64,000 bases of DNA from Neodothiora populina. Lineage: Eukaryota. The notes beneath the pieces are model-generated. The model made no database searches and was not told the DNA's origin. It worked only from the letters and a program-made list of their open reading frames with translations. Position 1 is the stretch's first letter, and every line of letters starts with the position of its first letter. Positions 50,242-62,947 of the stretch are shown here, piece after piece. Location of the stretch: the NCBI RefSeq assembly GCF_041146345.1, contig NW_027191413.1, forward strand, positions 1,364,001 through 1,428,000, written 5' to 3'. A program made the translations under genes and the position numbers.

Positions 50242-53200
50242 CCGTTCGACGTGTTCCTGTGGCTCTGTTCCTCTGCTTGTCGTTGCGTCATCTGCGCTCT
50301 CAGCAGATGAGCCATCTCGTCCCTCATGGCTATGGCATTTGCGCGCTCGGCTGCAGCGGCGGCGGAGGAGGAGGAGGAGGAGGAGGAGGAGGAGGAGGTG
50401 GCGGCGGTCTCCTTCTCCTTGCCGCCCTCGAACTCCTTGCGCACGCGTTCGTAGTGTCCTAATTCCTCGGCGCTGACGGACGGCACGAGCTCCTTCTGTG
50501 CGCCGATGAAGTCTTCCTCGGCTACGACGACGCGCGTGTACTCGTCCGTGGCATAGTGGTCGAAGAAGTACGCGATGGATATGGCGGGTTTCGGAGGGCT
50601 CCCGGCGGCGGCGGCGGCGCGCTCGGCGTTGATGGCGGCGACACGGGCGTCCACGAGCCGCGCGGATCGTGTTATGGCTTTCAGCATTGCGTCCGAGCAT
50701 AGGGCGTAGAAGTCGGCTCCCGTGTAGGTGAATGGGAGGCGTTCTGCGATGCGCTTGAGGTCGAGATCGGGTGCTAGAGCGAATCTTTTGCGGGGCGTTA
50801 GTTGGTGCATCAGGTGGAGATATGGATGGATGGGTGAAAGCATCACTTACTTCCGCGTGAGAGCTTGGAGGATGTTTTGTTGCTTCTCATGAGTGTCGCT
50901 TACGCCAAGGTACAGCATTTTGTCGAATCGTCCCGGTCGCAATAGAGCTTGGTCGAGTAGATCAGGTCTGTTTGTTGCGCCGATGACAAAGACTCCACCG
51001 CCTCCGTCCTCACCATCGCTCATACCGTCAAGTTCCGCGAGTAATTGACTCACGATCCGGTCCATGACACCTCCACTGTCGCCCTGATTACCTCGCTTCG
51101 GTGCAACGGAGTCGAGCTCGTCGAAGAATACACAGCACGGTCTCGCATCTCTGGCTCGTTGGAACACCCTTCTCACGTTGGCTTCTGACTCTCCGATATA
51201 CATGTTCAGCAGCTCAGGACCCTTGACCGAAAAGAAATTGAGACTGAACTCCGTGGCGATGGCCTTTGCAAGAAGGGTCTTTCCTGTGCCTGGAGGTCCA
51301 TAAAACAGAATGCCACTGCGCTTCTTGAGACCCTTTGCGAACAGCTCGGGGCGCGACAGAGGCAGCTGAATCGTCTCAATCACGGCATCTTTGACATTCG
51401 CCAGCCCTCCGACATCAGACCATTGCACATTTGGAATCTTCGGTGCACCGATGGCGTCTGCGAAATTCTTGCGGGCATCGTCAACCGCCTGATCGAAATC
51501 TGCCGGCATGAGACTTGTTGTAGCGTCGCCCCCTGAAAGCTGTATGTCTCGGAGAGTGATTGTTTGTCCACGCGTAGATGATGCTAATGCGGCCAAAGCC
51601 TCGAGGCGTGACGTCTGATTGTAGAGCGCGCGCTCCGTGACGTCTACCAAGTCTCCTGCCACCAATGCCGCTGTCTTTACGGCAATTGAGGAAAGATCGA
51701 CTGATGGAGACAATGGGACACCAGTGTCGGCGATCACAGAACGCAATATGCCCTCTCGCTCTCCTTCGTCCGGCGCCGACATTTCTAGTTCCTGGGTGAA
51801 TAGAGCGCGGATATTATCTGGTATTTTGTCCACTTCGGTCGAGGTAGCAACAAGCACTCGGCAGTCAGCAAGAATATCCTTCAGAGCAGCAGCCATCCGG
51901 TCAGAACTGAGAGCTTCGATGTGACGTATGAGTAGGGCGGTGTTCTGAGGCCCGCATGTGAGTGCTCGTTCCGCTCTCATTTTGAGCAAGACTTCGGTCT
52001 TGTTGTCTCCCCCTCCACCCGCACCACCCTCAGACAGTGTCTCGTAAGCATCGATGGCGAAAAAATGCATGCCCAGGTCCATACAGGCCTGTGAGACTGT
52101 GTAGGCTTTTCCAATGTGACGCTGTGTAGATGTGAGTAGGATAGCAAGGGGAGGAAGGCTGAGGTAGGTGGCTCGCGGGCTCATGGCTGCCAGCATCAAT
52201 TCTCGGATGCGACGGCGAAGCTGTGAAACAAATGGCTTAGGCGGGGCGCGCGCGACAGACCGAGTCTTTTCTGTGGATGCCGGAGCTTTGTTGAGGCCCT
52301 GGTAGAAAGGCCAGACGTTACTCATCGTCGCTGGGAGTCTCTTCTGTTCTAGTCCGGATTGACCTATGCGTGTTCTGGACGGGTCGACAATGACCACCCC
52401 TCCCCATGCTCCCGCTTCCTCGGCACCCTGACCTTCATTGGCAGACGCCGGAGTTACGTCTCGAATCTGAAACCATGCCACCGCTGTTCTTTGGACCTGG
52501 TTAGTCTTGGGAAAGTCAGAGCCCATGGACAGCGGTCGAGACAGCAGGTCATTATTGCCGTTCTCTTCGTCAGCCCCACCTCCCTCATAGATGGCTCGTC
52601 CGAGTGTTTCATCAATGGGTATTGTCAAAAGATCACCGGACTTGACGACGCGTTGTTTTTGCTCGAAATAGTCTCGCAGGCCAATGAACAAGCTTGGCTG
52701 TATCGGTCGCTCAGTCGAGAGAGGGGTCGATATTTGGACCAGGGACACAGCTTTGGCGACGGGTGGCATCGAAGACGCCGACAAGCGCGACTTGAGATGC
52801 AAGGGTCGAGACGATGACATGTTCTCAGGCGCGCGGATGGCAGAGACGCAGATGTGGCTGGCTTCTCCCATGTTCGCGAGGAGGACGGGAGAGAGGTATA
52901 GCACTGCAGGCGCAGGAGCAAGCACTTGGCTGGACGAGATACTGTCTCTTCGGCCTGACTTGCCGCTGAGGTGATACCTAAGCGGAGGCTTGGGTGCGAG
53001 CGAATCGGGAAGAGCATAGAGTCTCACAGGTCTCCAAACATCGTTTCTTTGCGACCCTTCGTGATCCAGTCGAGCCAGTCCGAGGCTGAGCGGGTTCGAG
53101 ACAGAGGGGTCAAGACTTGGCTCGACTCTGACCCAGTCTCCCGAGAAGCAGCCTAGTTTAGCCAGAGCACTGGTCTCGACGAATACTCTGCTCTCTTCAT

Positions 53201-54407
53201 CCTCCTGACTCGACGGCTTGGGATGAAGCAGCGCATCGGGCACGCGCTGGAGCAGACCCTGGGTCTTGAACACCTTGGACTTCCCACCTTGTCCACCCCT
53301 GGAAGTTGCAGTCGTCATAGAAGAGTGCCCAGAGCCTGGAGTACTGATACCGTTCGCCAGCATACCGAATGGCCTTGGAGTGGACGAAGTGAGGGCAGAG
53401 GCGATGCCGGGGGTCTGCGAAGCAATGGCGGGCGAGGACAGGGAGATCATGTCTTCAAGATCATCGGAGAGATCTGCGTCTGACTCGTCGAGTGAGTCTT
53501 GGGTATCAGAAGTAGCATCGCCATCGTCGTCGGTTGCTGTCGCAAGACCATCCTCGGCAGCGGTGAAGAAGGCTTCATTCGAGGTTTCGTAGGAAGTGTC
53601 GTGCCCGCCAGCAGTGATGGCGACATTCTTCGAGGCGGACTTTGGGCGTCGATCGCTTCGGCTGCCTTGCGACACGATGACAATCCGCGTGCTCTTGGTC
53701 AGAAGACCCTGAGATACTGGTTCACAGGCTGCGACTGTTGCGGTGAGAGCAGGTGAAGTTATAACATTGCCGACGCTGACCAGCTGCGTGTCTTTCAAAG
53801 CATCTCTTACCATCTGCAGCCCTTGCTCCGCACTGACGGTGATCCTGGAGTCCAGCTCTTTCTGTCTGCGCTTGTTCCCGGATCTGAGACCATTAGTCGG
53901 CCTGGGAGGGGTGTCCAGTTGCGCATTAGTATTAGTGCCTGTGGAATCCGTCGAGGCAGAGGCCAAGGATACAAATAGCGTATCCAAGGCCAGAGGAACG
54001 ACATCGGCGACTCGAATCTCGACAGCAGAGCCAGGACGGAAAAGGCGGTCGGGAGCGTGGGACTGCAGCACTCGCGCAGCGTGTGATAGTATCGACACCC
54101 TCATGGAGGAATGGGGTAGTGCGCGGTGTCCTCTTGGGAGGCTCCGGCAAGGTAGGACAGTCCATTGTGCACTCGTCGCAGACAAGTCTGATGCGGTCGT
54201 CCAGACAGTGATGGCCATGTAGAACGTGACTCCTGGATCACCATGTCCGGCGGGCAGCAGATCGGCCACAAGGTCCTCGGAAAGGAGGGCGGTGTCTCCC
54301 TTGAGCTTACTGTCCAGATGAAGATGGCAGGAGATGAATGGCTTATCTTGTCTCCGCCGTCCCCTCTTGCGCTTGAGCGAACGCGGATGGGGGTCGTCAG
54401 CAGCCAT
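49971..54407 (-). CDS. PEX6: Peroxisomal AAA-ATPase Pex6
   Basis: Motifs seen: GCFSGDWVRV, IGAPKIPNVQWSDVGGL, GPPGTGKTLLAKA, VKGPELLNMYIGESEANVR, FFDELDS and DSGGVMDRIVSQLLAELD. The intron at 50785-50850 joins ALTRK|FAL...YTGADFYALCSDA. Confidence 0.96.
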
Positions 54408-55163
54408 TGGGACATGTAACCACGAGACGTCGTGGACTTTCTGGTCTCAAGTGAAAGAGACGATGTTCGTTGTCCGCTGTCCGCATGTGAAGTTGTCACT
54501 TGAGGCTCGGCCAAGCTTACCGAGGCAACAAAGCAGAGCTGATTAGGTGGGTTGGTGCGGAGGTATAAGGTGTTTACTCCATGGACGTGTCTTTTCACTT
54601 TGAGAATCACGGGATACCTATCCCTACATGTTATGGCATGGCTGCACGACCTTCTGCGCACCGCCGTGTCACGAGGAACTGTCCATTGCCAATCATCAAC
54701 AGCTGATAGGACAGACTGGGTGGATAATAAACCAAAGCATTCGCCCTCGGCCAAGTCGTTTGCAGCTCGGAGGTGATGCGGAGGAGACGATGAACGGACC
54801 ACCAGTCATTTTTAGTTGTTGACCATTTCTTCACTAATGGCTAAGGTATTCATCCAAGACTTACTGCATCTTCCCTGCTTAGACCAGTATGTTACCTCAG
54901 ATAGACAGGACCTGTTGTCATCTACAACACTCAAACTTGATATTATTCCGATGGTAGACGAGCACAAGCAGGATCGGTCTTCTATACGGTATTAGACATC
55001 GAGTCTGAATGTGCTTCCACTCTGCTGGCCTCGCTGAAAAGGGGTATCTTAAAAAAAACAAAAATGCAAGTCCCAGTAAATGTCAAAAGATGGCATGACT
55101 ACGCTGCCTCCTTCCCACTTCTTGTCACCTCGGGCTTCTTGGCTGTAGGACCATACCTCCACT

Positions 55164-58100
55164 CTACCAGTCGTCATCGTCTGCGTCGTCCTCTTCCTCC
55201 TCCTCCTCCTCCTCCGAAGTATCTCCCCGGCTGCTGAAATAGCTCTGGTCAATCGCAAAGATCCACTCACTCTTCTCCCTCTCCGTCTTTGTGGCAAATA
55301 CCCAAGCCTTCGTAGACCCATACACAGCGAAGACATGCTGGATCGCCGCTGCAGCTCGGTCGTGACCGTCTCGTCGTAACAGCTTGGCGATCTTCGGCGC
55401 ATGGTCGATCCTGGCATCGTTGAGGTTCAAAATGTTGATCTCGTCCCCGTCCGAGGTATGAATGTGAAGGTACGGTTTTCGGAGCTCGAGATAACGCTTG
55501 ACCCATCGAGTGTTGGTGGGATCGGGCGTGAGCAGGTAGCCTGACTTCAACATGTCTGGGTTCTTGCGCACCAGGTGAGACGTTGCGAGTGACAACACAG
55601 TTGCCGCGCTCTGAGTACCATTGGCCGCAAACGCGGCGCCGTTGGCTGGTGCATCAGTATTTGCCCTCGCCAGGATGCGCTTGCTCACGTCGGGCTTTGT
55701 CTTCCAGAGCTCTAATATCTTTTGCACAAGTTCTTTTTGTCTCTCGTCCAGAGTCTCACTTGTCGGGCGTACAGTATCGGGGTCGAGTTCCAGACTATCT
55801 ACTCCAAGTGCGCCACGAGCGACTTCTATCTCGGCCATCTTTTGCTTCTGTCTGCGGGTATCGATGAAATCGTGTATCAATGACACGCCACGAGGAGCCC
55901 AGCCTTGAAGCATTTCTTCGCCTTTGACATAGGTCTCGGACGTGCTCATCCGCCATAGATCACCGGATCGTTTGGACGGGATAGGTTTGACGGTGAGTGA
56001 GAAGATGCCGCTGGTGGCCCGCACGACGCGGGAGTAGTTGAATAATTGGGAGAACAACGAAGATTGGCGAAGGTAAGACCGACTCCTCATCTGTACCGCA
56101 AGATCCATGGTGAATTCGAGAGGCTCAGCAAGCCTGGTGGACGTCATGCTCCACATCAACGATAGCTTCACGTGGTAGTTCTCCGCTGTCGGTCGGTTGA
56201 GTAGCAACGACCCATGCGCACTCGAGTCCCAGTGTGCCACCAGGCGGATATTGGTCGAGTTGTCATCGTTACTCCTGATGATCGGTGGTGAGATGAACGA
56301 CAGTGGCACATCTGCCTGCTCTGAGCTGAGATCCGGAGCGTGGCCAGAGGGGTCCATGAGATGCAAGTTGCCCGCGCGTAGAGAAGTGATGTCGTTCCAT
56401 GGCAAGGTGCTACCCGATGTGTGCGTCAGCTCGATGACGACTCTTCTCTGAAGCCCTTGACGAAGTTGATATGTTCCGGGGTCTAATACGCCTCTTTGAA
56501 CCACTTCTACCGGCTGATATGTACCGTCTTCGCCAATCTCCAGGAGTTGTACCCTGGCGAAAACATCATGATGCTCTTCGTTATAGTATTCGTGCTCAGG
56601 TATACGAGAGTTGTTTCGGGTCATCTTGGGCCTAGGTGCAGCATCACGCATGTCGTCCCAACTTAGAAGCTTATCCAGATGCATCGATGTCACTCGAGCG
56701 AAGATTGAGACGCGCAGGGAAGAGTCACGAGGACTAGATAATGGAAGACCCATGCTGTGAACGCTGTCAAAGCGGACAATGCCCTCGTCGAATCCAGACA
56801 CCATTTGCGTACAGGTAGCGCCGTCCTCTTCGGAAATGCCAGGGAAAAAGAGCTGTGCATGCACTTCGGTGCCTTCCCTCTCGGGAAACCCAGCAAAGTC
56901 ATGCATAACGACATTGAATTTCAAAGTCGACGAAGGTGCCTCAGCCGATGACGGTTCCAGTGCTAGGCGGACAATACCAACGACGGTATTGGTGTAGGGT
57001 GAATAGACATCAAGCGTAAAGTCTTGGACACGGCACTCAAGCACAGCCGTTAGTGGAATGTCAGCGTCACCAACACGCGAATATTGCGGCAGACACGACT
57101 CCGAGAATGGATTGTCGAGACGGAAGTGTTTGATGTACTCCGGGCGATCGAGATATTGGTACATCTGACGCATAAGTCGGACTCGGGTACGCAGCTTCTG
57201 GATCGACCATAAGTGCACCACACTGTGTTTGAAATCTATGATTCGTATCGCCGCGCAGGGCTTGCGGGTAATATCCAGCGCTGGATCATTTTCGGACGAA
57301 ACATCGCTCAACACCAGGTCATAAGAGGAGCAATATGTATGTCCAGCGTCTGCCACAGTGAATTGGAAGGTAACGTCCTTGTCCATTTGTCGGCTCATGA
57401 CCTGGGCCTCCTTGAGAATTGCGGTGTTCTGAAGCACTGCTGCGGCCATTGCAACATATCGCTGTTGTCGCCAGTGATGCAGAGCAGCCCGCACGAGAAA
57501 CAGTTGCTTTTGTGTAAGACCTGTCTTCCTGTCAATCGGGTCGATAGCCGTCTTACGTATCTCCTCTATCTGTCGATCGTACTGCTCTTTTTGTGCTTGC
57601 AATTGCTTCTCCATATCTTCTTTCGCGGTCTTGAGGCTCTCTTCCATTTTGACTCTCTCCTCGCGTATTTGCTCGGCTTCTGTGGTCGGCGATTGAACCA
57701 TCTGCATTCTCTCTTGGTACTCTTCCTTTTGCTTTTCGAACTGAACTTGGAGTTCTTCCTTCATCTGCTGTAGCTTGTCGTCTTCTTCGCCGTTACGAGG
57801 TGTCGAAGGGACTGTGAGAGCGGTATCAAGAGAGAAGTTGTCCAATGTGCCACTTGACAGATACTTTTCTCTGACTGGGAAGGGAGACGACACAGAGTCG
57901 CTGTCGTCGTCCCCATTGAAGTCTAGTATACGGCTTTCAGGCCTTGCTTTTCGGACAGCCCGGACCTTTTGCAAGTCTTCAAACAGAACATCCAATTCAT
58001 CATCGGTCAGAGCCGAGATCTTTTGATCAGAACCGAGTACAGCCGATACAGCCTCCCTGCGCGCAAGGTTCCAATCTGATTCGCCCCTGCCGCCAAACCT

Positions 58101-60119
58101 AGGCTGGGCAGGAGAGTCAGCTCGCGATGAAAGGCCATCGATCTCATTATCAAAACGACTGATGTTGCTTAGTGATCGATCATGTCCCGGTCGAACGGAC
58201 GGCGATGCAGGCTCTCCGATCTCGTCTGCTGTCATGGAATGCTTGAGCAGACTGCCTTGCTCTGCCCTTTCAGCACGTGCTTCCTGAGGATGGTTGAAGC
58301 GGAATATGTGAAAGTCTCCCAGTATTATGCGGTAACCACTGTGTAATCGTTTCGGCTGAGTGACGACTTGGCCATTGACCATCACAGCTGCGTTGTCCTT
58401 GGGTAGTACTGTCACCACACCGTCAACGTTCTCGAAAACACAGTGATCATGAAGAATCTTGGATCCGTTCAACCTGATCTCTGCAGTAGTCGCGGTGTCG
58501 ACGTTGCCGACTGTCGTCGTTCCAGGCTTCAGGTTGTATACCAAGCACTCCGCAAGCAAAGGGTCATCGCTGAGGTTGACAAGATGAGGCATTTTCTTGG
58601 GTGTGGACAGACCGACAAAGCCCTTCTCGATGCTGATACCAAGCTCCTCCAGAGCAGCCTCGCGTTCCTTGTGAATGTGCTCGGTCTTCTCGAGTTTCTC
58701 CTCCCATGTCTGATTGAGATCCTGATACAATTTCTCTGACTGACTCAGCTGTTCTGCAATCTCAGCCTTGGAAACCTTGGTGACAGAGCCATCGACTTGA
58801 GTAATGGAAACCATCTGCTGCTCGAGGGGAGTATCCGGAGGATATGTCTCGCTGACAACACCACCGCTGTCTATTGAACCGCCGCCAGATGTCAACTTGG
58901 ACCGTAACTGTGCAAGCTCTTCCTTGAGCTCGCGAATCATTCGTGCATTCGCGTCCTCGTTCACCACGGCGTGGTTCTTGATGCGTTTCGCAGAGTCGGC
59001 ATAGCGAAGTGTCGACAACGTCTCGTCAAAATTGATGTCTGCAGGGGAGATTGCTGCTATCATGGCCGTCATGCTGTTGCCTCCCAGCGAGTCCTTCAAG
59101 AGCCAGGTCAAGACGGAGTCTCGATACGGCACCATCGAAGCATTCTTTTTCTTTCCGACAATCTTACCACTAGACAAATCGGCCAAGGCGGCAATGACAC
59201 GACCCAGAGTCGACAGAGATCTGTTGATCTCTGCTCCCTCCTTGAGACGAGCACCGGTTGCGCCAGTGGACTGAGCTCTTTCTGAACCCGCAAGATCGAC
59301 CAACGAGATCTTGGCAGCCTTTTCGGTGTCCATGCCAGTGTCAATATCACGGCGCTTCTGGCCGAGCGTAAGAGTAAATACAGCGTGGGATCTGGAACTG
59401 GTCTCGTTCATGTTGGTTGCAGCTACTGTACGAGCCTTGTTTCCTTCGTCCATCAGGTGCTCAATCTCTGCAAAGGATCGCACTGCCAGTTTCGCCAGAT
59501 CTTCGACGTAGGGACCGGTGGAAGGGTGCTCGCGGACTTTCAGATTGCCCTTGGTCGACGGATTGAGTAGATCGCGCACCCTCTCGTTGTAAATCTCGAG
59601 ATATGAGACCTCGACCGTGCAGGCGAGGTTAGCATCCCTCTGTGCTTCTTCTATTCGTCTGAACATATCTCTGCAAATCTTCGGAATCACACCCTCTTCT
59701 TCACCATAACCCATCATGGAGTATGATTTTCCGGAACCGGTCTGGCCGTAGGCGAAGATACAATTGTTGTAACCAGCAAAGGCATTGTCCAGCAACGGCT
59801 TGCCCAGGTCGGCAAAGAGGTCATCCTGTCCGGCATAGCTGGGGTCTTTGTTGTCGAAAGACCAATAACTCTTGTCGAAGGCGAAGTTCTTGGTGCCCTC
59901 GACGGCTGCCTTATTGGGTTTGCCTTTGGCATCTGTAATTGGGGCAGGAACAAGAATGGTCTGGTTGCCTTTCATCTGCACAATACATTTCGCCTTCCTG
60001 TCTCGCTCTGCACGCAACGTCAATTAAGCCTTTGCAACCATCAGCATTGTGATCCTACCTCGACTATTGAATGGTCGACACCTCACCACCACCTTGATAT
60101 TCCCACCGCCTGACGCCAT
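55164..60119 (-). CDS. uncA: Kinesin-3 motor (Unc104/KIF1, UncA-like) with FHA and PH domains
   Basis: Motifs seen: MASGGGNIKVVVRCRPFNSR|E (intron 60008-60058), GQTGSGKS, SSRSH, DLAGSE, EGAEINRSL, PHLVNLSDDPLLAECLVY, HIFRFNHP and a C-terminal PH domain. Confidence 0.95.
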
Positions 60120-60606
60120 GATGGCGGTGGTTCAGAACGAAAGAATTGGACCAAGTAATGCTTCTGATAGTAAGATTGAGGATATAGAAGAATCAAAACA
60201 TCAGCGTGTGGAGACGTCTCATAACATCATCTATGCACTGTGCTGGTCACGTATAGCGCTGTACTGTATTGTATACCTTACTTCGACAACACGAGTTATT
60301 GTAATCATAATGTTGATCCGTGAGCTTTTGAAACCGTCAGGGCAAATACCCCGGACGGATACGCATGACTTGGCGCCATCTACATACTTGTACAAGTAGA
60401 GTTAGGAGATGATTTCGAGGCGTGCTATACCCTTTCGGGCAGCAGGGAAACCAGTGCATTTATGCACATGCGCATGCGAGTATGAGTCGTCTTTTTTGTT
60501 TGGGATGACATGCATGCTGCTCGCTCTGGATCTACTGTTGTAATTGCTCGAATATAAAAGTCCGATCTCCAAGGGTCATAATCCAAACATTTTTCTCATT
60601 CAACAC

Positions 60607-62154
60607 ATGGCGGAAGAAATGTTCAGGCCTCCGATCAATCGCGCCATGCGGGTGCTAGATAGATCTTTTTTTCGAAAATCCGTTCCCATATCTGCTGCTA
60701 GGATCATCGATATCAAGACCATTTCGAAACTAAGATCCGAGCTGCAAAAAAGCAGAGACATTTTGTTCATTGATCGCTTGAGCAATATCCAGCCGGACCC
60801 AGTTGAGGAAAATGCCAAATTGGGCAAGAAGTGTATTTTGCTAAGACCGCAAGTGGACGACAAGGGTAGGCTCGAGGCGTGGTGGACATATTTTCTGATA
60901 ACTAAACTGATCAGTCAATAGGCGAGAACAAACCTTGGAGTCCTAAAGTCTCTGAACTCGAAGATGCGAATTTGATCAAAGTCATCCCCTATGAGGTGCA
61001 ACTAGACTATGATTACTGGACGTACCGTGAGTTTTGCCACTTTGGTATGTAATCGAATCCCTACTGAGTGTCAACACAGATGACATTGCTTCTGCGGTAC
61101 TACCCAGCTCAGAAGAGCACGATGAGATTCCATCCGGCTTCACATTGGTCGGACATGTTGGTGAGCAACAGATCATACTATCCATCTTCCCTCGAACCAT
61201 ATTCGACTAAATCGCAATTCAGCCCATCTTAACCTCAGAGATCAATACCTGCCGTACAAGAACCTCATCGGCGAGATCCTGATAGACAAGAATCCGGGCG
61301 TGCGAACAGTGATCAACAAGATCGACGACGTGGGCGAAGAAAGCGAGTACCGCACCTTCAAATACGAAGTGCTCGCGGGCCCGGACGACATGGACGTCGA
61401 GATCCGCGAAGCAGACTGCACTTTCCGCTTCAACTACGCCAAAGTCTACTGGAACAGCAGACTCAACACGGAGCACGGCCGCCTGGTCGACAGCTTCGCA
61501 GAAGGCGACGCCGTGTGCGATGTCATGGCGGGAATAGGTCCCTTTGCCGTGCCGGCCGGCAGGAAGAAAGTGTTCGTGTGGGCCAACGACCTCAACCCCG
61601 ACAGTTACGCGAGTCTGGCGGACGCGGTAAAGCGGAATAAAGTCGAGCAGTACGTGCGCTCGTTCAACGACAACGGATTCACGTTCATCAAGACGGCCGC
61701 CGCAGAGCTTCTCCGGACCGACCACAAAGTAACCATTACGAAGAAGCAATCCCGCACCGAAGCAGCCAAATCCGCAGCCCCTGCAGCGCCAGTCATCCTC
61801 AAAGAAATCGTCCAACCAAAGACCTTCCAGCACTACGTCATGAACCTCCCAGCAACGGCACTGACCTTCCTGCCCTCCTTCATCGGGCTCTACGCCTCCC
61901 CCTCGGACCGTGCTCTGTTGCCCGCTGACAGCAAAATGCCCATGATCCACTGCTACTGCTTCAGCACGAAATCAGAAGACAACGTGCGCGAGGGCATCGA
62001 GATCTGCCAGGAAGTCACGAGGCAGATTGGGTATGAGATCACGCCTGAGACGCCCGAGACGAGGGTCTGGGATGTCAGGGATGTCGCACCGCATAAGAGG
62101 ATGTTTTGCGTTACGTTTCGCTTGCCGGAGGAGGTTGCCTTTAGGGAGACTTGA
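60607..62154 (+). CDS. TRM5: tRNA (guanine-37-N1)-methyltransferase Trm5
   Basis: Motifs seen: FRPPINRAMRVLDRSFF, PSGFTLVGHV|AHLNLR, KVYWNSRLNTEH, DVMAGIGPFAVPA, ANDLNP, VMNLP and VRDVAPHKRMFC. Introns at 60866-60921, 61027-61079 and 61161-61222. Confidence 0.94.
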
Positions 62155-62947
62155 CGGCGCTTTTCTCCTATCATTCTCTCGCTCCGTGTCTGAAAACCGG
62201 AGACGTGGTTGATGCGTCTGGATGTGTCTCTTACTTGCTTGCGTCACTTCGACTGCTTTCGATTTGTCACCTAGGGCAGACAGGGACTTCGCAAGGTCAT
62301 AGCAAGCAGAGAGGAGAGAAAGGGGCTGGCGACACTCACGCCGCTGCGACCATAAATAACAGTCACTCGGCGGGATTACCTGCCCATTTGGTCTCAGGCG
62401 GATAAGCATGGTACATCTGCAAGGCCTTCTAAAAGAGACAATGCCGTGCCGAATAACGAGCAAGCTATAGATGAGAGGCACCGACAGATGAAGACAACAC
62501 AGGACATCTCCCGAACCAAAAGTAGAGGGACTCCAGAGATTAAAAAGAGTTTTGAATTAGTTATGCATACCACTAGAGTAGTCTTCTAAACCGCTATCGA
62601 AGAGGACAGCCCGATGAACAATGCAGAATGCCGCACGCAACAAAATGAGGTATCTGATTCGAAAAGGAGAAAATCAAGCAGATGAAAGGCGAGGTAGGGG
62701 AATATATGTGCGGTGCAAGAATATGGAAATAAGAAGAAGCGGCATTATTCCAATGAGAAGTGTGTTCAAGAAGAGAAAGAAAGAAGAACAGAATGCCGCG
62801 GAAATAGCTTCCTTGAAATCGGTATTTTCAAGGACGCCAAACCGTATAAAAAACTAAAAAGTCCCGTAATATTGATGATATTTTCGGGAGGGAAAGAAGA
62901 AAGAGAGGAAGAAGAAAAGTAAAAGATCATATCATCGTCAGATCATC

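Noticed and set aside
54795..54890. Possible very degenerate extra copy of the TIR/array element
   Set aside because: TTTTTAGTTGTTGACCATT resembles an element end, but the period and second TIR cannot be supported by eye.
60544..60606. TTG-initiated N-terminal extension of Trm5 as a mitochondrial presequence
   Set aside because: It is short, lacks Arg and is not presequence-like, and nothing supports a non-AUG start.
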